From: Minisyncoccia bacterium
GTDB taxonomy: Bacteria; Patescibacteriota; Minisyncoccia; Phycocordibacterales; UBA9973
Direction: 5' to 3'
DNA length: 26,296 nucleotides
NCBI GenBank assembly: GCA_039809205.1
Contig: JBDHUQ010000001.1
Location: forward strand, 1-26,296
Made by a program: the position numbers and the translations under genes. This document shows positions 1 to 8,143 of the stretch, in pieces (the stretch's first letter is position 1; every line of letters starts with the position of its first letter). Under the pieces are notes generated by a model. The model was not told the origin of the DNA, made no database searches, and saw only the letters and a list, made by a program, of their open reading frames with translations.

Positions 1-7
1 ACAGATA

Positions 8-35
8 TTGACTTTTTGGTCAAAATATGTAATAT
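8..35 (+). promoter_or_regulatory. Candidate sigma70 promoter of the 107..1771 gene, overlapped by a TTGAC-N6-GTCAA palindrome
   Basis: TTGACT at 8-13, 16-nt spacer, TAATAT at 30-35; inverted repeat TTGAC 8-12 / GTCAA 19-23. Confidence 0.4.
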
Positions 36-106
36 AAAATTCAAAATAAACCCAAATCTCCAGGGTATTTTGGAGACCAATTGCTCATTAAAACTAAAAA
101 TAAAAA

Positions 107-1771
107 ATGAAAAAAATCTTAACTTTGCTGTGTGTGCTTGCAGTGTTTTCTGCTTGTCACAAAGATAAGGACATGGTTCCTAACAATCCGACACCTGTTA
201 TAAAGCAGGATCCGATTCTAAAGAAAGATACAACCTACCAAAACAGGACATTGATTGTGCCCATTGATACCGTCATTGGTTCGTGGGTACTTGATACCAA
301 GGATGCTCAGGGGATGACAGCAATCGGCGCAAAAGTAAGTTTCACTTATACTGGTGCTTTCAAGCCATCTGAAGACCTTCAGAATGTCTATTTTGTGGTC
401 AAAGATGCTGGGACTATTGTCTTTACATCAAACTCACTCTCTACCGTAAACGATGCGGTGAATTCTTTTACTCAAAGTGCTTTTCTGAGTTTTACTCAGT
501 CAAAGAGCTATAAGGTTGAAGTGTGTGCCAAAGTTTTAGCTTCGGCCACAGACAATGCTGGGCCTGTTGATGGATGTATTACAAAATTTGAATTGATTTA
601 TCAATCAAACGGAAGTAGTGAAAATAAAAGTCTTTCTGAAACAGGTCAGACGATTAATTTCTCTGGGGTTGTACCTAACCCTACCTCAAATCTACAGACT
701 GCCATTGATCCATCTTCACCCGTAAGTGATACCATAACTGGTTCTCAGGAAATAGAATTGTTGAGACTTAAGATGAATAGTACTCTCGGAACATCAATTG
801 TTGATGATCTGAAGTTCTTGGTTTCTGATGCCAATGGCTCTGCTGTAGTTTCCTCTCTCAGGGTTTACGAAGGGTCAAATCTTTTGGGTTCTGGCTCAGT
901 TTTGTCACAGAGTTCAACAGTTACACTTAATACAAATATTCCTATTAATGTGACCAAAATTTTTTCTGTTAGAGCGGTTATTGGTAACGTAAATGTTAAT
1001 GCCTCAGGCTCAAATTTGAGGCTTACCCTCGACAATATTTCTTATAGGGATCCAAGCGGCATTGTTAAGTTTAATGATACCGATCGGGTTGGGAGCTCAT
1101 TTACTTTGCTGAAAGCCAAACAGGTAATCACTTCGATTCCACTTCCTGGGACTCTTCAAAATGGAGTCATATCTGATGGGAACAAAATCAGCATCTTATC
1201 TTTAGGTGGTAACACTGCTACTAAGCAGTTAACTTATAAGGTTGCACTTATTGATAATGCTACGCATATCGATACGCTCTCTTATAAGAATTTATACCTC
1301 AAGGTCAATGGTGTGATAATGACCAATGTAAGATTTACCAACAGTTCAGATCAGGTTATAGACTCTATTGGACCTGGGGATAATATTGTTCATGTTACCT
1401 TCATTTCTGGTTCCCATGAATATATTAATCCAGTGGGAATTTCAGTCGACTATGTCTTGGGTGGCAAATTTACTGGTTTCAATCATCAATCCACAGATGG
1501 TGATGTAGGTAGTATAGAACTATTAACAACGGATGTTTCTACAACTTATCGTTATGGAAATAGCGGGGTTTCACCAACCAATCTTAGTTTCAAGATGTGG
1601 AGTTCTCCTATGGCAAACGCAGGAGCAGTTTCGATGAACTACGGTTGGTCTGATATGTCAGCTGGTCCAGCACATTCTTTTGCTTTCGGGTCTTGTACCG
1701 CAGATGGTAAAAATGCTTCTATTGGAGTTGTTTTTAATACAGCTCCTCAGGTTTGGCTTCGGCGCCAGTGA
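107..1771 (+). CDS. Secreted, putatively lipid-anchored surface protein with beta-rich (Ig-like) repeats
   Basis: 554-aa ORF; MKK + hydrophobic stretch + lipobox-like VFSA-C17 followed by HKDKD; Ser/Thr/Asn/Val-rich alternating beta pattern; followed by a terminator. Confidence 0.7.
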   Translation: MKKILTLLCVLAVFSACHKDKDMVPNNPTPVIKQDPILKKDTTYQNRTLIVPIDTVIGSWVLDTKDAQGMTAIGAKVSFTYTGAFKPSEDLQNVYFVVKDAGTIVFTSNSLSTVNDAVNSFTQSAFLSFTQSKSYKVEVCAKVLASATDNAGPVDGCITKFELIYQSNGSSENKSLSETGQTINFSGVVPNPTSNLQTAIDPSSPVSDTITGSQEIELLRLKMNSTLGTSIVDDLKFLVSDANGSAVVSSLRVYEGSNLLGSGSVLSQSSTVTLNTNIPINVTKIFSVRAVIGNVNVNASGSNLRLTLDNISYRDPSGIVKFNDTDRVGSSFTLLKAKQVITSIPLPGTLQNGVISDGNKISILSLGGNTATKQLTYKVALIDNATHIDTLSYKNLYLKVNGVIMTNVRFTNSSDQVIDSIGPGDNIVHVTFISGSHEYINPVGISVDYVLGGKFTGFNHQSTDGDVGSIELLTTDVSTTYRYGNSGVSPTNLSFKMWSSPMANAGAVSMNYGWSDMSAGPAHSFAFGSCTADGKNASIGVVFNTAPQVWLRRQ

Positions 1772-1789
1772 TTTCATTATTTTATTTTC

Positions 1790-1818
1790 AAAGCCTCTGC
1801 ACTGTAGAGGCTTTTTTT
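1790..1818 (+). terminator. Intrinsic terminator
   Basis: aaagcctctgc-act-gtagaggcttt hairpin followed by a T run, 18 nt after the stop at 1771. Confidence 0.85.
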
Positions 1819-1862
1819 ATTGCTTTTATTTTGTAGAATGCTACAGTAGAAAAAAATACAAC

Positions 1863-2522
1863 ATGTTCATTTTATACATCATTGCATTTATTCTTCTCCT
1901 GCAGTCGATAATAGCAGTTTGCCTCATTAGAAAGATTCGTAAAGCTAAGGATATTTGGATGGTTAGCCTCATTTTACAGAAATATATTCATGATTCTAGT
2001 ATAAATATCGTGAAATGGGCTACGTTTTATGTTGTTTTATTGCTAACACAACGGAGAATCTTTGGTCTCGGTATGCAGTATCAACGAAAAGAAAAATACC
2101 CAAATTTGTTATTCGCTACTACGCTTTTTCAGTCCAACAGAACACCATTTCATATTAAAAATATGAAGAATCAAGTTGCTTTCTTTTACGATAGATTTTT
2201 ATTTGAAAAAATAAAAGAAAGGACTTCTATGCTTTTATCGGGCGATATTGAGTATAGTCAATATCGTCATGAAGTTGCAGGATATCTCTTGAAGCTTGAA
2301 CACTATGATCTACTACCTCAAATTCTAAAAGAACTACAAAAGCCGGTAAATTTATTTAGAAAAACAAACGATGATCAGGATTTAGAGTTTGATTTTTTTA
2401 TCTATGCTGCCAAAATGGGGGTCTTAAGCAAGTTTATATCGAGCTTCGGCAGTTCAGTTGGGGTTATTTTGGGAGGAGAAGATAATGTCCTAAAAGAGTT
2501 ACAAAAAGCCTTATGTGAATAA
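1863..2522 (+). CDS. Hypothetical protein with N-terminal transmembrane helix
   Basis: In-frame ATG at 1863 (MFILYIIAFILLLQSIIAVCLIRK) lies after the terminator; the ORF-track extension to 1680 overlaps the upstream gene and terminator. Confidence 0.6.
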   Translation: MFILYIIAFILLLQSIIAVCLIRKIRKAKDIWMVSLILQKYIHDSSINIVKWATFYVVLLLTQRRIFGLGMQYQRKEKYPNLLFATTLFQSNRTPFHIKNMKNQVAFFYDRFLFEKIKERTSMLLSGDIEYSQYRHEVAGYLLKLEHYDLLPQILKELQKPVNLFRKTNDDQDLEFDFFIYAAKMGVLSKFISSFGSSVGVILGGEDNVLKELQKALCE

Positions 2523-2531
2523 GGCTTTTTA

Positions 2532-4697
2532 TTATTCAAAATGCATTTGTTCGTAGCTTTTTACAATCTCATTTAGAAGGGGGTATTTAAAAAGATTTGG
2601 GTCTTCTTTTATTATTTTTTTTGCGCTTACCTGTGCTGCTTCTACGAGTTTGGTATTGCGTAAGGCTTCCATGCCGATATCAGAAATACCCCATTGCTTC
2701 AGTCCGGTCAGTTCTCCAGTGCCACGAATAGAAAGATCGTACTCGGCGAGTTCGAAACCGTTTTTTGCTTGAGTGAAAAGCTTCATACGCTCTTTCGTTT
2801 TGTCACTTTTTGCATCGGCAAATAAAAAACAATAAGGTTGATAGCTGCTGCGCATCACTCGACCTCGAAGCTGATGAAGTTGTGCTAGCCCAAACCTCTC
2901 TGCTCCTTCTATGATGATAGATGTAGCATTGGGAACATTAACTCCAACCTCTACTACGGAAGTAGCAACCAAAATATCAGTTTTGTGCTCATAAAAGTCT
3001 CCCATTGCCTCCTCTTTTTTGTCTTTGGTCATTTTGCTATGGATTACACCAATACGATATTCTGGGAAAATATCTTTCTGCAAGCGCTTTGCTTCTTCTA
3101 GTACACTCTTTGCAATGACTGCTTGAGCTTTATCTGGGTCAGGAGTATCAATTCTTGGGCAGATAATATAGGCTTGCCGACCTTCATTTAAAAGGTTTCT
3201 TATTTTTTCATATGTTTCCTCTCTTTTATTTGAGGGGACTATCTCAGTTATTATTTGTTTTCTTCCTTTAGGCGTCTCATCTAACACTGACAGGTCTAGG
3301 TCTCCATAGATAGTTAGTGCCAGCGTTCTCGGTATTGGGGTAGCGGTCATAGAGAGCAGATGTGGAAAATGAGAATCTTTTTTTGCCATAGATTTTCTTT
3401 GGTTTAAACCAAAACGATGCTGCTCGTCAATAATAGCTAAGGCTAGGTGCTTAAATATCAAACTCTTTTGAATAAGAGCATGAGTTCCTATGACTATAGG
3501 TATTTCTCCATTTGAAATCCATTTTTGGAGTTGGGGTCTTGAAATGTTAGTCCAGGGTGTAGGACTAGAAGCGACTTTCGTAGGGAACTTGCGACAACCA
3601 CTTCCTGTTATAAGAGCGATAGAAATACTAGTATGTCTAAAATATTCTATAAAAGATTCAAAATGCTGAGTCGCAAGTATTTCCGTTGGAGCCATGTAGG
3701 CCACTTGAAGTGAACCGAATGTTTGCTTGTTTTCTTTGGTTCCAGGCCTATTCATAACTGTGGCATAGACTGCACTAGCAGCTACTGCAGTTTTCCCACT
3801 ACCTACATCCCCTTCGAGAAGTCTAGACATTGGAACGTCCTTTTCTAAATCAATTAAAATATTTTTAATTGATTTTTCTTGGGCTTTTGTTAGAGGGAAA
3901 GGAAATCTAGAAATAAAATCTTCTATATTTAAATCTTTTGTATTGATACTATATGCTTTTTCTTTTTCAAGTCTTGATCGTTCTTTTGCTCTAGCTAGAT
4001 TTATTTGGAATATTTCATCAAAAGCAAATCTTTTGCGAGCCTTTAGTGCATCCTCTTTTTTCTTTGGGCTATGAATCCAGAAAAGTGCAGTTTTTAAGGT
4101 TGGTAGGGAATAATCCTTAATAACTTCTTCAGGGATATGATCTATGAAATCTATTTTTGAGGAAAAAACTTTAGCTATGGCGTGTGAGAACCACTGGCTT
4201 GATACTCCTTTGCTTTCAGCATACATAGGCGTGAGAACACCTCCTTCGTCTTTAGAAAAAAGTGAGTCATGGCTATCTATAGGCAAGACTTTTTCTTCTT
4301 TGGTACTAGGATTAACCATCGTTAACTTTTCTTTGTTTAAAGAAACTTTCCCAGTTAATTCTACAGTTTGTCCTATGGAAAACATTTTTGCCAAGTAGGG
4401 TTGATTAAACCAAACTACTTGTAGGCTTCCACTTACATCTTCAATAGTTGCTTCACTTAGAGAAACTTTTGTTTTCCAAGATTTTCTGTTTTTTATATTT
4501 TTTATTCTTCCTCGAATAGTTACAACGTCACCTTCTTTGAGATTTGATATAGAAACAAAGCTAGTTTCGTCTGCATAACGAGTGGGGAAGTGGTAAAGTA
4601 AGTCTCGTATTGTTTTTATTTTAAGCTTATTGAGGGCCGCCTTTGTTTCTTGTTTTAGTTTGGTGAGGGATTCTACTTGTGAATCAAGGCTTATCAT
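2532..4697 (-). CDS. recG: ATP-dependent DNA helicase RecG
   Basis: 721 aa; DLLYHFPTRY wedge/OB region, motif I GDVGSGKT, Ia MAPTEILATQH, DEQH box, SMTATPIPRT, GLAQLHQLRGRV, TRG motif. Confidence 0.97.
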   Translation of the reverse strand: MISLDSQVESLTKLKQETKAALNKLKIKTIRDLLYHFPTRYADETSFVSISNLKEGDVVTIRGRIKNIKNRKSWKTKVSLSEATIEDVSGSLQVVWFNQPYLAKMFSIGQTVELTGKVSLNKEKLTMVNPSTKEEKVLPIDSHDSLFSKDEGGVLTPMYAESKGVSSQWFSHAIAKVFSSKIDFIDHIPEEVIKDYSLPTLKTALFWIHSPKKKEDALKARKRFAFDEIFQINLARAKERSRLEKEKAYSINTKDLNIEDFISRFPFPLTKAQEKSIKNILIDLEKDVPMSRLLEGDVGSGKTAVAASAVYATVMNRPGTKENKQTFGSLQVAYMAPTEILATQHFESFIEYFRHTSISIALITGSGCRKFPTKVASSPTPWTNISRPQLQKWISNGEIPIVIGTHALIQKSLIFKHLALAIIDEQHRFGLNQRKSMAKKDSHFPHLLSMTATPIPRTLALTIYGDLDLSVLDETPKGRKQIITEIVPSNKREETYEKIRNLLNEGRQAYIICPRIDTPDPDKAQAVIAKSVLEEAKRLQKDIFPEYRIGVIHSKMTKDKKEEAMGDFYEHKTDILVATSVVEVGVNVPNATSIIIEGAERFGLAQLHQLRGRVMRSSYQPYCFLFADAKSDKTKERMKLFTQAKNGFELAEYDLSIRGTGELTGLKQWGISDIGMEALRNTKLVEAAQVSAKKIIKEDPNLFKYPLLNEIVKSYEQMHFE

Positions 4698-4714
4698 ATA
4701 AGCTATTTTAGCAT

Positions 4715-4747
4715 AACAAAAGCCACCTTCTTGAGGTGGCTTTTGTT
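4715..4747 (-). terminator. Intrinsic terminator of the RRM gene (possibly bidirectional)
   Basis: 14-bp inverted repeat aacaaaagccacct-N5-aggtggcttttgtt, 4 nt past the stop at 4752. Confidence 0.85.
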
Positions 4748-4751
4748 TAGT

Positions 4752-5039
4752 TTATTGTTGTCTAGGACCTTTGAATCCTCCTTCTTTCTTTTCGCTTGGT
4801 CGAGCAATGTCTACAAAGATTTCTCGCCCATCGAGAGTGCTACCATTTAATTTTTCTACTGCTGCTTGAGCTTCAGCATCAGAAGAAAATTCGACGAAAC
4901 CAAATCCTTTTGATTTGCCAGTCATCTTATCCATGATGATGTTTGCAGAAGTGACTGTTCCAGCACTTGCAAAGTGAGCTGCTAATCCATCATTGTCGGT
5001 TTTGAATGAAACACTACCGACGAAAACTTTATTACTCAT
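4752..5039 (-). CDS. Single-domain RRM (RNP-1) RNA-binding protein
   Basis: RNP2-like KVFVGSV and RNP1 KGFGFVEF; IDGR-like NGSTLDGREIFVDIA; short basic/Gly tail. Confidence 0.95.
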   Translation of the reverse strand: MSNKVFVGSVSFKTDNDGLAAHFASAGTVTSANIIMDKMTGKSKGFGFVEFSSDAEAQAAVEKLNGSTLDGREIFVDIARPSEKKEGGFKGPRQQ

Positions 5040-5165
5040 TATTTATGTACTAAGTTAACTATTTAAATTTGCAACGCACTATTTCGAGAAGTGTACATTA
5101 CAATAGAGAAACTATACCACGGCCAGCCTTATTTCTTAACAAAACCATCTGTGGATTAACTAGGA

Positions 5166-5723
5166 CTATGATCTAGGTAGGAAATAAAAAAGTGGAGGGA
5201 TAATCAAAAGTGCGTAGGTTATAGGCAAGAAAAAGAAGGTACTGATAACAGCTAAACCGTATATTATTGGTCCAACTAAGCTTCTTTTAAAAGGTATAGA
5301 CGCTCTTTCTTGGTGCCTATGAACAAAGAACCTAAGACCTGTAAAACTAATAGAATTGGCAAAAAGGATAAAGCTATAAGTAAGGATACTAAGAGGATTT
5401 CCAGGGTTTTCAGTCACTACGGAAGTAGCAAAAGGTATAAGAGTCACAAAAAGTAAGAATAGTATGTTGCTCCAGATTATTCTCCTTGAAATAGTTTCGA
5501 TATGCCCTGTCAGCTGGTGATGATTAACCCAAAAGATAGCGATAGTGATAAATGAGAGGATAAAGGTAGCTACGTTTGGAATAAGTGGTAGAAGTTCTCT
5601 TAGAGAAGAGCCTATATCTTGGCTTACTAATTGTGGAACTTTTAGCTCAAGAGCTAACAATGTAATAGCAATGGCAAATACTCCATCGCTAAATTGTTCT
5701 AGTCGAGCTTTGTTGATAGGCAT
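5166..5723 (-). CDS. TMEM175-family potassium channel
   Basis: RLEQFSDGVFAIAITLL signature in TM1, FWVNHH motif, LIPF, six hydrophobic segments. Confidence 0.92.
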   Translation of the reverse strand: MPINKARLEQFSDGVFAIAITLLALELKVPQLVSQDIGSSLRELLPLIPNVATFILSFITIAIFWVNHHQLTGHIETISRRIIWSNILFLLFVTLIPFATSVVTENPGNPLSILTYSFILFANSISFTGLRFFVHRHQERASIPFKRSLVGPIIYGLAVISTFFFLPITYALLIIPPLFYFLPRS

Positions 5724-5724
5724 A

Positions 5725-5895
5725 TTAGATCCAGTGAGCTAAAAAGGCGATAAAGAGTATTGCAGCTACAAGTCCCAAAAGTTTTTGAGCTCTAGAAACT
5801 AGTGCTATAACAACTACTACGATAATGCTCTTAATAAGACCAAAAGCAACTAATGAAGCCCAGATTGTTTGCAATGTTGTTTGTAACCATGTCAT
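5725..5895 (-). CDS. Small (56 aa) membrane protein
   Basis: MTWLQTTLQTIWASLVAFGLIKSIIVVVVIALVSRAQKLLGLVAAILFIAFLAHWI; TGcTATACT 9 nt upstream of the ATG at 5895; stop 1 nt before the TMEM175 start. Confidence 0.6.
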   Translation of the reverse strand: MTWLQTTLQTIWASLVAFGLIKSIIVVVVIALVSRAQKLLGLVAAILFIAFLAHWI

Positions 5896-5958
5896 ATGTA
5901 TATAAGTATAGCATTCTACATAATTTGACTCCAAGAAATCATTTACTACACTCAATAT

Positions 5959-6315
5959 ATGAAAACCTATAAAAATGTTGATCAATATATAAAGAAAGCT
6001 GACAAAGATAAACAAGAGGTTTTGCAAGAAATTCGGCAAATGATTTTAAACAGTTTTAAAAATGTAGAAGAAGAAATTTCCTATGGCATGCCATCATATA
6101 AATATGCAAATAAACCATTTTTCCATTTTGCGGCAATGAAGGGACACCTTGGTATTTATCCAACTCCTGGCCCAATTTTAACTTTAGCAAAGGAGTTAAA
6201 AGATTACTCTACATCCAAGGGGTGTGTGAGGTTGACTTACGGCAAACCAATTCCCAAAAAATTAATAATGAAACTACTCAAAGAGAGAATTAAGGAGATA
6301 AAAAAAGAAAAGTAG
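5959..6315 (+). CDS. DUF1801 (YdhG-like) protein
   Basis: VDQYI, EEISYGMPSYKY, HLGIYP, SKGCVRL and GKPIPKKLIMKLLKER pattern typical of DUF1801. Confidence 0.88.
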   Translation: MKTYKNVDQYIKKADKDKQEVLQEIRQMILNSFKNVEEEISYGMPSYKYANKPFFHFAAMKGHLGIYPTPGPILTLAKELKDYSTSKGCVRLTYGKPIPKKLIMKLLKERIKEIKKEK

Positions 6316-6370
6316 TAAAAAAATACACTAGGCTTTTTATTTAAATTGAGTTACCTAATCCTATTATTTG

Positions 6371-6455
6371 CGGAGGTGGTGAGATTCGAACTCACGGTCC
6401 GGTTAAGGACGACGGTTTAGTAAACCGTTGATTTAAACCACTCATCCACACCTCC
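6371..6455 (-). tRNA. tRNA-Ser with anticodon ACT (CCA not encoded)
   Basis: GGAGGTG/CACCTCC acceptor, G73, D-loop AGTGGTTTA, anticodon arm ACGGT-TTACTAA-ACCGT, long variable arm GTCC-TTAACC-GGAC, T-arm GTGAG-TTCGAAT-CTCAC. Confidence 0.93.
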
Positions 6456-6542
6456 ATTGTGTGGGTAATTACGGTCTCACTATACTACAGGTTAGATTTT
6501 TGTAAAAGTAATACCAAATGTTTTGCTTCGTCTTTATTACAT

Positions 6543-7472
6543 ATGAAGAAGATTGGAATAGTAGCCTTTATTATAAGTATGTTGGTTTTATCACCGGTTG
6601 CTTTAGCACTCGATAATCCTATTTTGCCGGTAAACGAGCCAACAGTTTCAAATATAAGTTCTACAAGTGCAACTGTTTCTGTACCAGAAGCAATACTTAA
6701 AAGTCTTACTCAAGAGCAAGTCTCTAGAATATATTTTGAATATATCCCGACAAACCAAGTTTGTATCATGATATATCCAACACCAGAGAACTGTCTGCCC
6801 AAGAAAACACCCCAGGGTCAAAGTATTGTTAATCTTCAAAATTTAAAACCTAGCACTTCTTATACAGTTAAATATAAAGTAGACAATACCATTAGGTGTA
6901 TTACTGCTCCTTGTCCTGAAAATGGTTTTCAGAGCGCTAGTGTAGAATTCTCAACCTTGTCTCAAGGTAGTGGATATACATTCTCGAAAAATCTATGGTT
7001 TGGTTCTAGAGGGAATGATGTTGTTGCCCTTCAAAATATTTTGAGAGAAAAAGGATACTTCTCATTAAATAGTACTGGCTACTTTGGCATAGCTACACTT
7101 AAGTCAGTAAAATCTTTTCAAAAAAACTATATGCACATCTCTCCAACTGGCTTTGTTGGAACAAAAACTAGAGCTGTTCTCAATACTCTAAGTTACTCTG
7201 TTAATTCTGAAGAGTATTTTGAGGGAACAATCCAAGCTGTCTCAACTGCTTGTTATGCAGACGGTATTTGTAGTGTAACTATTGATGGCAAGATTGTAGT
7301 TACTACTATTGGGTGGACAGGGGGAGCACTGGGTTCTATAAAAGGAACAGTCAACAATATTGGAGACATACAAACTAGCAAGATAGGAGCTCGTGCAAAG
7401 GTTTATGCCAAGAAGACTGCTGACGGATATACTCTCTATGGAAATACAAACTACTATATAGAAGTTTTGTAG
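6543..7472 (+). CDS. Secreted protein with Fn3-like domain, peptidoglycan-binding (PG_binding_1-like) domain and Cys-containing C-terminal domain
   Basis: Signal peptide MKKIGIVAFIISMLVLSPVALA; NLKPSTSYTVKY Fn3 motif; LWFGSRGNDVVALQNIL...TGYFGIATLKSVKSFQ...TGFVGTKTRAVLN peptidoglycan-binding pattern. Confidence 0.85.
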   Translation: MKKIGIVAFIISMLVLSPVALALDNPILPVNEPTVSNISSTSATVSVPEAILKSLTQEQVSRIYFEYIPTNQVCIMIYPTPENCLPKKTPQGQSIVNLQNLKPSTSYTVKYKVDNTIRCITAPCPENGFQSASVEFSTLSQGSGYTFSKNLWFGSRGNDVVALQNILREKGYFSLNSTGYFGIATLKSVKSFQKNYMHISPTGFVGTKTRAVLNTLSYSVNSEEYFEGTIQAVSTACYADGICSVTIDGKIVVTTIGWTGGALGSIKGTVNNIGDIQTSKIGARAKVYAKKTADGYTLYGNTNYYIEVL

Positions 7473-8143
7473 TTTGACCTGGCTCTATACTCATTAACAC
7501 TTTTGTGGGCCAAGCGAGTTGGTTCGGGTAAACGATGTTTCTTTAGGCAGGTTTTAATTATCTCTATTGATTCTTCTAAGCTAATCAAATGTCCAGGCGA
7601 TATAAAAATAGGTTTTACTCCTTTTTTTGATCTTAGGGCTACACCAAGCACTTCTTTAGTAAATTTGTCATACATATAGGAGAAGTCGCCCTTGTTATTG
7701 CCAGGCTCTTTGTAAACACCAGTTAAAACACTCTTGGCACAACCAATAGTAGGCACTCCTAGAACCAATCCAAGATGGGTGGCGATGCCTATGCGTCTCG
7801 GGTGTGCTATACCTACCCCATCTACTACTATGAGATCTGGCTTTGTTTTAAGTTTTTGCCAAGCCTTAAGTAACATTGGTATTTCTCGAAAGGAGAGGAG
7901 TCCTGGTATGTAGGGGAAATTTATCTTATCTTTCACAACACTTTCATCAAGCTTGTTGCATTTAGGATAGGATAAGGTTACAAACCCTGCAAAACCATCT
8001 TTGGCAAAGAGGTTCATGCTGACATCACAGCCGCCTATTAGATTTATCTTCTTTTTTAGAGGTTGAATTTTTACCTTCTTGGATAAATCTTTTTGAAGAG
8101 AAATTGCTTCTTTGGCAGAAAGATTCCAGACTATTTTACTCAT
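7454..8143 (-). CDS. nfi: Endonuclease V (deoxyinosine 3'-endonuclease)
   Basis: IGGCDVS, FPYIPGLLSFREIP, VDGVGIAHPRRIGIATHLG, TIGCAKS, PIFISPGH, RLPEPTRLAH motifs. Confidence 0.96.
   Translation of the reverse strand: MSKIVWNLSAKEAISLQKDLSKKVKIQPLKKKINLIGGCDVSMNLFAKDGFAGFVTLSYPKCNKLDESVVKDKINFPYIPGLLSFREIPMLLKAWQKLKTKPDLIVVDGVGIAHPRRIGIATHLGLVLGVPTIGCAKSVLTGVYKEPGNNKGDFSYMYDKFTKEVLGVALRSKKGVKPIFISPGHLISLEESIEIIKTCLKKHRLPEPTRLAHKSVNEYRARSNYKTSI

Noticed and set aside
57-76. tctcca-N8-tggaga hairpin in the first gene's leader as a riboswitch
   Set aside because: A 6-bp stem only, with no recognisable aptamer features.
1769-1771. Genetic code 25 (TGA = Gly) as in Gracilibacteria/Absconditabacteria
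   Set aside because: Conserved genes are full length under code 11, and the TGA at 1769-1771 is followed directly by a terminator.
1680-1862. ORF-track N-terminal extensions (1680, 6039, 6459, 9314, 11114, 14167)
   Set aside because: They overlap upstream genes, terminators, promoters or tRNA leaders; better starts with signal peptides or -10 spacing lie downstream.
2532-4697. Insertions in RecG between helicase motifs (NRPGTKENKQTFGS; GCRKFPTKVASSPTPW)
   Set aside because: Too short for an intein, no splicing residues; most likely lineage-specific loops.
6371-6455. AGA/AGG reassignment to Ser driven by tRNA-Ser(ACT)
   Set aside because: AGA encodes conserved Arg in PilB (ILRQDP, ttg aga caa) and PilT (EMR, atg aga), so AGA still means Arg.
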